A DNA stretch of 64,000 nucleotides from an uncultured Prolixibacteraceae bacterium (GTDB lineage: Bacteria; Bacteroidota; Bacteroidia; Bacteroidales; FEN-979), in NCBI GenBank assembly GCA_964449285.1, contig CAYUZX010000003.1:942-64941 (forward strand), in the 5' to 3' direction. The position numbers were made by a program, and so were the translations under genes. The notes beneath the pieces were generated by a model. It saw only the letters and a program-made list of their open reading frames with translations, made no database searches and was not told the DNA's origin. This document shows, piece by piece, positions 37,954 through 47,751 of the stretch; the first letter of the stretch is position 1, and each line of letters begins with the position of its first letter.

Positions 37954-39336
37954 TTATTTTTTGATAAAGGCCAATGCTTTTTTATACAGATCTTTATAAA
38001 CTACAAAGCCTTCTGTAAAAATAGTGAAAAATCTGAGCGGAATCTCCTTATTCAAGTAATAAATTCCGAATACGACGCCGATAATTTCAAATCCGATAGA
38101 CCCTATGGAGATGAATATCAGGATGGTCATCATGCTTAATGAAGGGAACAGCCAATGAAGGAGAAAAACAGCGATGATATCTCCAACAATATTGGTAGAT
38201 GTCATGATCAGGGTCTTATAAAAGTTTTTGTTGGGTTTGTTGATAGCATCCAATCCTATTCCCGTAAACCTGTCGATAGGCAATAACAACGAAAAGATAA
38301 TGAACATCTGCATGATGATAGCCAATCCGTCTGCGGCATCCTTGTATTGTTGTCCCCCTAGCAGCATCACAAAATCCTTGGCGAAGAAAGCGCTGACGAT
38401 GGCAATAGGAATCAGCAAGTATGTGAGAAATCCTGAGTACTGGTAAAAGACTCTTCGGAATTCATGGAGATTTCCTTCGATACTAAATTTTGATAATTTG
38501 GGAAATGAAGTGGCCCCGAAACTCCGAATGATAATCTCAATGGCTTCAGTAAATTTTATTGGGATACTATAGAGCGCCACTCCAGTGGTGCCGAGGAAGG
38601 GACTCAAGCCAATGATAAACGAGTCGGCGCTTTTCAGGAGGCTACTGCCAATGGAGGTTCCCATCGAATACTTGCCGAATTTGAGGGTGATTTTAGTTGT
38701 ATATCGTCTGGCGTGGAATATATACCAGGACCCATCCCAGTTAAATGCTGTACAGAGAAGAGAGGTGAGCACATTGGTAAGGATGTTCCAGATGACGATC
38801 CACTCTACATTCACCCGCCAGATATAATAATTCAGAACCAGGAAGAGCAGAAAACTTCCGGTGTTGATAAATCTGACAAGCAGAATCTTATCAAACTCTT
38901 CGTCAGCCTGAAGGATGGATGTTGCATTTCCCCACGGAAGATTGGATAACGCCAGGGGGACGTACCAGATAAAGAACAGGTTAAATCCCGAATTTTTGAT
39001 GGTCTCAGGGAATATTAATACAAGGGGGTAGAGCAGAATTGCCATTGCCGCGATACTCAGCAACCCGATCAACCAACTGGATCCAATAAAATGTTTTCGC
39101 TCGTCAGGTTTGGCTCCGGAAAGGAACCGGGTCAATGCCACCCGAGTAATTCCGAATCTCAGAAGGTCTACGAGAGTAGCAGCAGTAATAAAGAGGACCC
39201 ACTCTCCGAATGGGTCCTGCTCAAGGCTTCTGACAAGGACAAAGAATGTAAGGAAACCCAACGCTGCCGTAATGGCATTTCCCATCAGGGACAGGAAATT
39301 CTTGTCTTTGATTATTTTCCTTATCGCATTGAACAT
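37954..39336 (-). CDS. Oligosaccharide flippase (Wzx; MOP superfamily polysaccharide biosynthesis protein)
   Basis: 460 aa and about 12 TM helices, with the typical Wzx N-terminus (SLMGNAITAALGFLTFFVLVRSL). Confidence 0.8.
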   Translation of the reverse strand: MFNAIRKIIKDKNFLSLMGNAITAALGFLTFFVLVRSLEQDPFGEWVLFITAATLVDLLRFGITRVALTRFLSGAKPDERKHFIGSSWLIGLLSIAAMAILLYPLVLIFPETIKNSGFNLFFIWYVPLALSNLPWGNATSILQADEEFDKILLVRFINTGSFLLFLVLNYYIWRVNVEWIVIWNILTNVLTSLLCTAFNWDGSWYIFHARRYTTKITLKFGKYSMGTSIGSSLLKSADSFIIGLSPFLGTTGVALYSIPIKFTEAIEIIIRSFGATSFPKLSKFSIEGNLHEFRRVFYQYSGFLTYLLIPIAIVSAFFAKDFVMLLGGQQYKDAADGLAIIMQMFIIFSLLLPIDRFTGIGLDAINKPNKNFYKTLIMTSTNIVGDIIAVFLLHWLFPSLSMMTILIFISIGSIGFEIIGVVFGIYYLNKEIPLRFFTIFTEGFVVYKDLYKKALAFIKK

Positions 39337-39364
39337 AATTCGGGCGCCAGATTATACTGGAAGA

Positions 39365-42061
39365 TCAAACCGTACTTCTTTCCCGGAAACGGAAAAGAAG
39401 TATTCTGGTAATCATACGTCGAAACTCTGATCTGGGTTTCGGGACTTCTCCGAAAACGGAATCCAGAAAATAGAGTTCCACTCCATTAAGAATGATCTGG
39501 GGCTCTTGTTTGCACAATGGTTTGAATGCATCCAGTAAAACGATGTCAGCCTCTTTCCAAGAACGGTTGGCTCTGACAACCAGAAGAGAGAGGTCGAACA
39601 TATGGGTAAATTCAATAGGATACGGGTGGTTAATCAGGGAAGGAATTTCGACGAAAATAAAATCGTATTCAGCTTGTTTGTAATCGTCAAACCCGGGGAT
39701 CAATTCCTCCAGATTCTGTGTCTCAAAATAGGTATTCCTAACTTCATACTGGATTTCAGCATCAGTAATTCCAGGCTGGGAAGGATCTTCAAAATAAGGA
39801 GAGGTGCTCTCAGGATCAACGTTATAGTAATTCAAATAAAGCACTTTTTCTCCGAAAGATTGCAGCTTGTTGCATAACTCCCGACCTACTGTCGTCTTTC
39901 CCTCAGCATCCAACATACTGAAAAAGAGTACCATTATTGGTTTTTGATTCTCCTCTTTTTTCTCTTTAATAGCTAATGAAACATTCTGAGCTAACATTTC
40001 TACCAGTCGCGGAACGATGAATTCCATATCAGCCGACTGCAATTTCCGTGTGATACGTGGATAGATACCGGCTACTTTCAGCTTTATTATTCTTTCAGCC
40101 CGTTCTATTGTTTTGATGGTTGTATCAAAGTACTCCATGGCGATGAGTATTGCAAGGATGAGGATCAATCCAATAAACCCTGCAATGATTACCAGGAACA
40201 TAGCTTTGGATTTCAGTGGTTTAAGTGGGAAATATGGCGGGTCAACCACTTTGATGTTAGTCGACATTTCATCATCCTGTTGCCGGAGTTTTGCCAGGTT
40301 GAGGTCATGGAGCAACTGTAGAAACTCACTTTCGGTTACTCCGATCAATCGCTCAATCCGTTTCATCTCTGCGCCTAAAGGAGCAAATATCTCATAGTAC
40401 CGTTGGAACTGCTTCCTTCTCTCTGTCAACACCCTGAAAGCTGCTTTACTCTCTTCGTAGGCGATGACATTTGTTAACCAGGCGTTCAGAAGGTCAGCTA
40501 CGGGAAGTCCCTCTACGCTATTGTTAATGATATAGAGTGCATCGAGGTGTGTTCTGATCTGCTTCTTGAGGTATTCAGCGTGAGACTTCAGGGATTCCAG
40601 TAGGTTGATGGTTGCCGAATCGTTTCCCAGATCAATTTCGATATTGACAATCTGCATCGTAACGGTCGCAAGTTCATTTCGAAGCTCGATGATTGCGTTG
40701 GTATTGAGTGTAAGTTTCGCGTGAGACTCAAGTTTTTTCTCTATGATTTTTATGGCTGCGTCGGCTGAAGCATAGGCAATCTGAGCATCGGAGTATTGCT
40801 GATCAAGCTCTTCCTTCATTCCCGCAATAGCCTTTGTTTGCTCGTAGTAGTTAATAATTTTATTTTTCTCATTGAAGGTCAAGAGGTCATATTCGGCTTT
40901 CTGCAGCCTTCTCATGGCTTCCTCAAGCTGACGTTTGAAATAGGCTACCACTGCATCGGTCTGATGCTGTCTGAGCTCTTTGTAACTCCGGATAAATACC
41001 TGAGTCAGGATGATCAGGGTTTGCTGGCAGATTCCCGGATCGGGATTGACGTACTGTATTGTTACCAGGTCACTATTCTGAATCCGTGTGACTGCAACCG
41101 CATTGAGGGCTTCAATACTGTAGAACTTGTTTTCGGAGCTCCAGAGTTTGTAGATATAGTTGTAATCATTGGAATTTCCGTAGTCCATCAATTCTCTGAC
41201 GCAACGTTCATAAGGTGTTGTTGTATCCCACAACTCCTGGTGAGTAGAGGGTTCTGTACTAATCCAGCGTTTGGTGATAAGCGGGGTTGTATCAACATCC
41301 CGTACATAGTCATCTCCATAGATTGTATCATATCCTGATTGTCTGGCTGGTGCTGGGTAGGGATAGTCCTCTGTTGAGGAGGGTGTATAATTATCGTTGA
41401 CCCGGATATGCTGTCCGGTGGCGAGCTCATAGGATTCGAGGTCATTCAGGCTCATCAAATCCTCGATACTTACCCTATATTTTTTCGCAATGGCATACAT
41501 GGTTTCCCCCCGACTAACAATGTGGTAATCTTGGGAGGTTTCATTGCGCGACTCAGTTTGGTACCCGGCATCCCTGACAGTTGGGGAGGCGGATGGATTC
41601 TGGTCGTTATTGTCATCAAAATAGGAGGTTTTTTGAGGAGGACGGTAATATTGTTGCTGCTGCTTTTGGTTTCGTTTGTATTTCCGGATGATCTGAACTA
41701 CATCTGGAGGCACTTCAGCCAGGAGTTCCTCATAATTATCTTGTTGGATGTACTTTGGGTCGTAGTGATCCAGCATTAAGTGCTGTACAAGTAACCGTAC
41801 CGAGACCTGCTCCATAGTACGTCTCGACTTGATCAGGTTTATAAGGTTGTCGTATGCTGTATTACTGGCGAAAAGATCCACACGAGTCTCCTGCTGTACT
41901 GAATATCCGGAGGTAATACCGGTATAAATCGTTGTCTCTGACTGGTAATTCCGTGCTTGTTTTCGGGTAAATAGATAGACAATTGCCGCAAGAAACAGGG
42001 GGACGAGTATGATCAATACGATATACCTTTGAAGTAATTTTATAAGGTGAATCAGTTTCAC
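39365..42061 (-). CDS. Polysaccharide co-polymerase (Wzz/GumC-like) with embedded LysM domain and divergent C-terminal BY-kinase-like domain
   Basis: TM1 at residues ~14-32, LysM (YHIVSRGETMYAIAKKYRVSIEDLMSLNDLESYELATGQHIRV, nt 41399-41527), a long coiled coil, then TM2. The P-loop is SMLDAEGKT and the Walker A'-like element is FIFVEIPS. The tail has no Tyr-rich cluster. The start codon is GTG. Confidence 0.75.
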   Translation of the reverse strand: MKLIHLIKLLQRYIVLIILVPLFLAAIVYLFTRKQARNYQSETTIYTGITSGYSVQQETRVDLFASNTAYDNLINLIKSRRTMEQVSVRLLVQHLMLDHYDPKYIQQDNYEELLAEVPPDVVQIIRKYKRNQKQQQQYYRPPQKTSYFDDNNDQNPSASPTVRDAGYQTESRNETSQDYHIVSRGETMYAIAKKYRVSIEDLMSLNDLESYELATGQHIRVNDNYTPSSTEDYPYPAPARQSGYDTIYGDDYVRDVDTTPLITKRWISTEPSTHQELWDTTTPYERCVRELMDYGNSNDYNYIYKLWSSENKFYSIEALNAVAVTRIQNSDLVTIQYVNPDPGICQQTLIILTQVFIRSYKELRQHQTDAVVAYFKRQLEEAMRRLQKAEYDLLTFNEKNKIINYYEQTKAIAGMKEELDQQYSDAQIAYASADAAIKIIEKKLESHAKLTLNTNAIIELRNELATVTMQIVNIEIDLGNDSATINLLESLKSHAEYLKKQIRTHLDALYIINNSVEGLPVADLLNAWLTNVIAYEESKAAFRVLTERRKQFQRYYEIFAPLGAEMKRIERLIGVTESEFLQLLHDLNLAKLRQQDDEMSTNIKVVDPPYFPLKPLKSKAMFLVIIAGFIGLILILAILIAMEYFDTTIKTIERAERIIKLKVAGIYPRITRKLQSADMEFIVPRLVEMLAQNVSLAIKEKKEENQKPIMVLFFSMLDAEGKTTVGRELCNKLQSFGEKVLYLNYYNVDPESTSPYFEDPSQPGITDAEIQYEVRNTYFETQNLEELIPGFDDYKQAEYDFIFVEIPSLINHPYPIEFTHMFDLSLLVVRANRSWKEADIVLLDAFKPLCKQEPQIILNGVELYFLDSVFGEVPKPRSEFRRMITRILLFRFRERSTV

Positions 42062-42828
42062 TACTCGATGTTGTTTATTACGTTAAATTTAATGCCTACA
42101 ATTTCCTGCAAGATCATATATGCATTGTAAAATTCGTTTCGGGATTGTTCAAAGTCAGTAACCGCTTTTCGGTTCATTTCGTTCAACCTGGCCAGTTCAT
42201 ATAAACTAAGTTGTCCGTTTAGGAACTCTTTCTCAGCTAAAGCCATCTGGAGCGACATGAAGATCTGGTTGTCATTGGCGATCTTTAATATTTTCTGATT
42301 GATGATCAGTCGATTATATTGTTCAATGATTCCCCTTCTGATCAGTTTGATCTGAACCTCCCGTTCTGAGAATGCCTGCTCCATGTATTTAGTTGCTGAT
42401 TTGACCCTGTTTCTATGATCCATCAGGTCATCAAGTGGCATCCGGACATTGATGCCAAGCAAATAGGCCTTGTTGTCCTGGGAGGTACTCACGTCGTTAG
42501 GAATTCCAACACTTACTTGCGTATTGGTGAAGCCATATAGTCTATCCAGACCCAATCCGGCATCCATATAGAAATTCTGCCAGATATCGCGGCGAGCCGT
42601 TTTGATGCCATACTTGCGGATGTAGATCTCAGCATCAACTGAGGCAACGCTGGGAGAGTGCACGATAGCTGAGTCGATCAGATCATCCAGTGGGGGAATC
42701 CGTAATGTGATATCATCAACGATAGGGTTAAAAACGAAGAGAGTATCCTTCGTCTGGCCAATTGTCGATAACGCTGTGGCAGTACAGATAATTAATAAAC
42801 CGATGATTTTAATTCTGATACCCTTCAC
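42061..42828 (-). CDS. Secreted coiled-coil protein resembling a single TolC/OEP repeat (half-size outer-membrane factor-like)
   Basis: Signal peptide, then LDDLIDSAIVHSPSV, as at the start of OEP repeats, then long helical segments. 255 aa is about half a TolC protomer. Confidence 0.4.
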   Translation of the reverse strand: MKGIRIKIIGLLIICTATALSTIGQTKDTLFVFNPIVDDITLRIPPLDDLIDSAIVHSPSVASVDAEIYIRKYGIKTARRDIWQNFYMDAGLGLDRLYGFTNTQVSVGIPNDVSTSQDNKAYLLGINVRMPLDDLMDHRNRVKSATKYMEQAFSEREVQIKLIRRGIIEQYNRLIINQKILKIANDNQIFMSLQMALAEKEFLNGQLSLYELARLNEMNRKAVTDFEQSRNEFYNAYMILQEIVGIKFNVINNIE

Positions 42829-42839
42829 CTTTCTTGCCC

Positions 42840-44075
42840 TTATACATTTTCTTTCTGAAAGAGTGCTCCAAATGTTTTAAGAATGATCGCAACATCACCC
42901 CAGAATGAATGATGCTCTGCATAGTAGTTATCTATTGTAAATCGTTCTTCTTCAGACATAATACCCCCTTTCCCACGTTTTTTAATCTGCCATAACCCAG
43001 TCAGTCCGGCTGATGCTTTGAATCTCCTGCTCCATTTCTTTTTTGTAAGTGCTTCCGCTTCATTTAAAGGAAGAGGACGATTCCCAACAATTGACATATC
43101 TCCTTTTAGAACGTTGAACAGCTGCGGGAGCTCATCGATGCTGGTTCTCCGGATAACCTTACCCACCTTTGTGATTCGGGGGTCATCCACAATCTTTAAA
43201 AAAGCTTTACGGGCACTTTTTCGCTTGTTAGCCAGGCGCTCGCAAATTTCCTCGCCATCATAATAGACAATAGGAGAGCAGTGTTCTCCTTCCGGTAACT
43301 TGCCACATTCTGAACATGTTTTTTCGACAGTATGGGTAATGTATTGGTTAAGGTGAGCCACTTCTTTAAGCCGCTTATCGGCATCCGGGTACATGGAACG
43401 GAATTTGAAGAAGTTAAATATCTTATAATTTGCACCTACCCGTTTGGAGAAATAGTAGACTTTTCCTCGGGATTCAATACGGATTGCCAGCATCGTAATG
43501 AGGATAACCGGCGACAGGAGAATCAATGCAAACGAGGCGACCAGAACATCGAAACTTCTTTTCAGAACAGGTGTTTGGTAGGCTGATAAATCATTGTCAA
43601 TCAGGCTTTCAAGCGATTTTGGGACAAATTCGGCCTTGAATTTTTTTAGAAAAAGAGCCCTGTTGTAAATTCTCTCCGGGGTGAACCGGCAATGGTAGTA
43701 ATCGTCGACGCCTACATCCATTGCCTCTTCGCTGATATTTGTTTCAAAGCAAACAGCCAGAAGTATGAATGGAACCTTTGCATAGATGTTATGGAGTTTT
43801 AACTTCCGATAAAACGCAAGTCCTTTCATTCCAGGAATCTTTGTTTCGCAAAGGATAGCATCAATCATTTTTGTTTCACTATAAACAGGAGCCTGTTCGG
43901 CATCTTTGTCGAAATTAAATACCCTGAAGTTATGATCTGTCAGCCAATATATGGCTGACAGACCATTAGGCATAGTGGTAACATTGAAGAGGCCGCTTTC
44001 CTGTAAGGAGGTGATTGTGTCCTCATCATTTCCGATGTATAAAATGTCTAACGGTTGTCCCGGAGTCACCTCCAT
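42840..44075 (-). CDS. Priming phosphoglycosyl transferase (bacterial sugar transferase family) fused to an N-terminal pseudo-receiver domain
   Basis: C-terminal core KRSFDVLVA...KFRSM...[37 protein letters not shown]. The N-terminal ~150 aa has a REC-like fold, with Glu where the acceptor Asp is expected ([14 protein letters not shown]). Confidence 0.85.
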   Translation of the reverse strand: MEVTPGQPLDILYIGNDEDTITSLQESGLFNVTTMPNGLSAIYWLTDHNFRVFNFDKDAEQAPVYSETKMIDAILCETKIPGMKGLAFYRKLKLHNIYAKVPFILLAVCFETNISEEAMDVGVDDYYHCRFTPERIYNRALFLKKFKAEFVPKSLESLIDNDLSAYQTPVLKRSFDVLVASFALILLSPVILITMLAIRIESRGKVYYFSKRVGANYKIFNFFKFRSMYPDADKRLKEVAHLNQYITHTVEKTCSECGKLPEGEHCSPIVYYDGEEICERLANKRKSARKAFLKIVDDPRITKVGKVIRRTSIDELPQLFNVLKGDMSIVGNRPLPLNEAEALTKKKWSRRFKASAGLTGLWQIKKRGKGGIMSEEERFTIDNYYAEHHSFWGDVAIILKTFGALFQKENV

Positions 44076-44081
44076 ATGCGT

Positions 44082-44480
44082 TTAGCCCATTCTTTGTTGT
44101 GAGTACAATTGTTTTGTTTCCAAACGACGTTTAATACGTACAAGTAGTTCGCGTGGGTTGAAGGGCTTTAAAACATAATCATCAGCTCCCATTTCAAAGC
44201 ATCTGATCTTATCAGCACTCTCTTCTTTCCCAGATAACATGATCAGAGGGATCTCCTCAAAAAAACCACTTTCACGAAGACGTCTGACAAATTCGATTCC
44301 ATTTAAAACCGGCATCTCCAGGTCACAAATGATCACATCTGGCATATTCCCGGACTGCAGGTAAAAAAGCGCATCCATCCCATTCGACATGGTGACCACG
44401 TCAAAATCTTTGTTAAATGTATTTTCAATGATGAAACGGATGCTCTTTTCATCATCAATCGCAAGGATCTTCTTCTTCAT
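44082..44480 (-). CDS. Single-domain (CheY-like) response regulator
   Basis: Canonical REC residues: AIDDE, VIICDLEMP, MLSG, LKPF. The ATG at 44478-44480 (MKKKILAIDD) is preferred over the longer track ORF. Confidence 0.9.
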   Translation of the reverse strand: MKKKILAIDDEKSIRFIIENTFNKDFDVVTMSNGMDALFYLQSGNMPDVIICDLEMPVLNGIEFVRRLRESGFFEEIPLIMLSGKEESADKIRCFEMGADDYVLKPFNPRELLVRIKRRLETKQLYSQQRMG

Positions 44481-44501
44481 GAAAGACCTTATTTTTGTAA
44501 G

Positions 44502-44509
44502 CAAATATA
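44502..44509 (-). promoter_or_regulatory. -7 box TATATTTG (minus strand) upstream of the response regulator / EPS initiation genes
   Basis: An exact TAnnTTTG match 21 nt upstream of the ATG at 44480. Confidence 0.4.
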
Positions 44510-44591
44510 TTGGAAATAAGATAAAATGCAGAAAATAGATATTAACAAATACCAAAAGTTATTGACCAAATTCGATAGCATCCAAAGGATG

Positions 44592-46613
44592 TCATTTTGA
44601 GTCAAGGTGTTGCTGGATCTGGGCTATCTCATCCCTGAGGCGCGCAGCCTCCATGAAATCAAGCTCTTTGACAGCCCCTTCCATGGATTTCCGCGTGGTT
44701 GTTAATAACTTTTGAAGCTTCTCTTTGGATAAATATGCGATCAGAGGGTCAGCAGCGGCACAAATTGGTAACTGATCATGATAGGCTTTGGATGAACCAC
44801 CTTTTGTGTCGGCAACTGCTGTTTGCCCAAGGATGTCCAGGGTGCTTTTAATAATTTGTGTTGGAGTAATATTATGTAATGTATTATATTCAATCTGCTT
44901 AGCTCTCCTTCGGTTTGTCTCGTCCATCATCCGTTGCATCGAATATGTGATCTTATCGGCATACATGATCACCAAACTGTGAATGTTACGCGCTGCCCGC
45001 CCAGCTGTTTGAGTAAGGGATCGTTCTGACCGCAAAAAACCCTCTTTATCTGCATCCAGGATTGCAACAAGTGATACTTCAGGCAGATCCAGCCCCTCCC
45101 GCAAAAGGTTGACACCAACTAAAACATCGAACTTCCCAAGTCGAAGATCACGCATGATCTCAACACGCTCCAGAGTATCGACATCTGAGTGAATATACCG
45201 TGCACTGATGTTCAGCCGAGTCATGTATTTCGAAAGTTCTTCGGCCATGCGTTTGGTAAGGGTCGTTACCAACACTCGCTCATGTACCTGGATCCTGTTG
45301 TTAATCTCATCCAAAAGATCATCAATCTGGTTCTGGCTTGGCCTCACTTCAACCTGCGGGTCAAGCAACCCGGTAGGCCTGATAACCTGTTCAACCACCA
45401 CTCCCTGAGATCGCTGCAACTCATAATCGGCTGGAGTCGCGCTAACAAACAACATCTGAGTGGTCATTCTCTCGAATTCATCGAATTTCAGCGGGCGGTT
45501 ATCCATGGCAGAGGGGAGCCGGAATCCATATTCTACAAGGGTTTGTTTTCTTGAGCGGTCACCTCCATACATCGCCCTGATCTGTGGCATGGTCACATGA
45601 CTTTCGTCAACAACCATCAAGTAATCGTCGGGAAAGTAATCGAGCAGACAGAAAGGCCGTGAGCCGGATTTACGGCCGTCAAAATACCGGGAATAGTTCT
45701 CAATTCCTGAGCAGTAGCCAAGTTCCCTCATCATCTCAATGTCATATGACACACGCTCTTCCAAACGTTTTGCCTCGAACTCCTTCCCGTTTTCCCTGAA
45801 ATATGAACACTGTCTGATCAAATCATCCTGAATATCTATCAGGGCACCCTTCATTTTGTCGGGGGAGGTGACAAAAATATTGGCAGGATAAATATTCAGG
45901 GAAGGGTATTGATCAATTTTTCGGCCTGATACCGGATCAAAGGATTCTAAACTCTCCACCTCGTCGTCCCAAAAGATGATTCGATAGGCAATATCAAGGT
46001 AGGCAGGAAAAATATCTACAGTATCCCCGCGAACCCGGAACCGGCCACGGAGAAAATCCCCTTCAGTCCTTGCATACAAACTATTCACTAAAGAGAGGAG
46101 GAATTTATTCCTGCTTAGATGATCACCTTGCTTGATATGGATCACATTGCTGGTAAAATCATCCGGATTTCCGATTCCATAAATGCATGAAACAGATGAT
46201 ACTACAATTACATCGCGGCGACCTGATAATAGAGAAGAGGATGTGCTAAGCCGAAGCTTCTCTATCTCATCGTTGATAGAAAGATCTTTTTCAATGTAGG
46301 TATTAGTCACCGGAATAAAGGCCTCTGGCTGGTAATAATCATAATAGGAAACAAAGAACTCCACAGCATTGCCAGGAAAAAACTGTTTAAATTCGCCGTA
46401 TAGCTGAGCGGCAAGGGTCTTATTATGACTGAGGACCAATGTCGGCCGCTTTACCTTCTGGATAACATTGGCGATGGTATAGGTTTTCCCTGAACCAGTC
46501 ACCCCGAGAAGCACCTGGCATTCATCACCCCGTTCAAGGCCCTCCACCAGTTGCCTGATCGCTTCTGGCTGGTCTCCGGTTGGATGAAATTCACTTGTCA
46601 GGTTAAACTCCAT
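44592..46613 (-). CDS. uvrB: Excinuclease ABC subunit B
   Basis: FNLTSEFHPTGDQPEAI, Walker A GVTGSGKT, DESH box, and a C-terminal UVR motif (MEAARLRDEI). Confidence 0.97.
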   Translation of the reverse strand: MEFNLTSEFHPTGDQPEAIRQLVEGLERGDECQVLLGVTGSGKTYTIANVIQKVKRPTLVLSHNKTLAAQLYGEFKQFFPGNAVEFFVSYYDYYQPEAFIPVTNTYIEKDLSINDEIEKLRLSTSSSLLSGRRDVIVVSSVSCIYGIGNPDDFTSNVIHIKQGDHLSRNKFLLSLVNSLYARTEGDFLRGRFRVRGDTVDIFPAYLDIAYRIIFWDDEVESLESFDPVSGRKIDQYPSLNIYPANIFVTSPDKMKGALIDIQDDLIRQCSYFRENGKEFEAKRLEERVSYDIEMMRELGYCSGIENYSRYFDGRKSGSRPFCLLDYFPDDYLMVVDESHVTMPQIRAMYGGDRSRKQTLVEYGFRLPSAMDNRPLKFDEFERMTTQMLFVSATPADYELQRSQGVVVEQVIRPTGLLDPQVEVRPSQNQIDDLLDEINNRIQVHERVLVTTLTKRMAEELSKYMTRLNISARYIHSDVDTLERVEIMRDLRLGKFDVLVGVNLLREGLDLPEVSLVAILDADKEGFLRSERSLTQTAGRAARNIHSLVIMYADKITYSMQRMMDETNRRRAKQIEYNTLHNITPTQIIKSTLDILGQTAVADTKGGSSKAYHDQLPICAAADPLIAYLSKEKLQKLLTTTRKSMEGAVKELDFMEAARLRDEIAQIQQHLDSK

Positions 46614-46617
46614 ATGG

Positions 46618-47751
46618 TTAATTAGTTACCATAATCAGACCCGACACTGGATAGTGGTCTGAGAAATTAACATCCGACTTTTTATAGGAAAACGCTTTGA
46701 AATGATTGTCATAGAGGATGTAATCGATTCTGTAGTTTGGCATGGCTCCGTCGTATGTGCTGCCAAAAAATCCCTCTCCGGCTTCCCGGTATGCGTCTGT
46801 AAGTGATAGGGTAACCTGACGGTACGTGTAAGAAAAGGGAGAATCATTCATGTCTCCACAAACCAGCACAGGATAGGGAGAAAGGCGAATGGCTTCAAGG
46901 AGTTTATCAGTCTCTGCCGCACGCAGGATGAAAGCGTGTTTCAGCTTTTTGAGTATACTGAAGAGCCCGGCCTTAATATTGATGTTTTCCGTTTCTGTTT
47001 TCTTGAGTTGGTAATAGAAGTCAACATCCTTCTGACCAAGCCTCAGGGAAGCGAGATGGATATTAAAAATTCGTATGGTATCTTTCTCCAGGCTGATATC
47101 TGTATAGATCCCAAAACATTTCTTTGGTTGATGCTCAATAAATCCTGTCCGGATGATAGGGTACCTGGAAAAGGTAGCAATGCCATTAAATCCGTTGTTT
47201 TGATCCACCTGGTAATAATCTTTTTTGTAGAAATAAGGTAATCCCCACGCCCGAGCCATCCTGCTAATAACAGGGGTAAACTCGGCTTCATGAATATGAA
47301 CTTCCTGCATGCATAATAAATCGGGGTCCTCTGCACTCAGGTACTCGGTAATTTCAGGTCTTACATTGCCTCTTACATTCATCTGTCCTGCAAAGCCATG
47401 GACATTCCATGTAGTCAGGTTGATGTTTTGACCCGGTAGCAGAACCGGACTCTCTCCCGGTAAAATGATCATTGCATTCAGTTGTTTCCAGCCAATCAGG
47501 ATAGCAATAAGAGAGATCAGAGAATATTTTTTCTTCAGAAAGAGCCAAAGGACGACGAAGCAGATATTGGAAATCAGAATATATGGATATAGGAGTCCGA
47601 AGAGAGCAAAAATCCAAGAGTCGCGGGGATCGATGTATTGAGCCCCATAGGAGCAAAGAATGGAAATGACTGCCAGAAGATTTAAGATCAGCAGGATGTT
47701 GATCAGAATGAGGGATGATCTGTTTCGTTGCTTCCCCATAGACCAGATCAA
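46618..47751 (-). CDS. Membrane-anchored endonuclease/exonuclease/phosphatase (EEP) family protein
   Basis: N-terminal TM helices. EEP motifs LTTWNVHGF, LLCMQEV, GDMND and SDHYPV. Confidence 0.8.
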   Translation of the reverse strand: MIWSMGKQRNRSSLILINILLILNLLAVISILCSYGAQYIDPRDSWIFALFGLLYPYILISNICFVVLWLFLKKKYSLISLIAILIGWKQLNAMIILPGESPVLLPGQNINLTTWNVHGFAGQMNVRGNVRPEITEYLSAEDPDLLCMQEVHIHEAEFTPVISRMARAWGLPYFYKKDYYQVDQNNGFNGIATFSRYPIIRTGFIEHQPKKCFGIYTDISLEKDTIRIFNIHLASLRLGQKDVDFYYQLKKTETENINIKAGLFSILKKLKHAFILRAAETDKLLEAIRLSPYPVLVCGDMNDSPFSYTYRQVTLSLTDAYREAGEGFFGSTYDGAMPNYRIDYILYDNHFKAFSYKKSDVNFSDHYPVSGLIMVTN

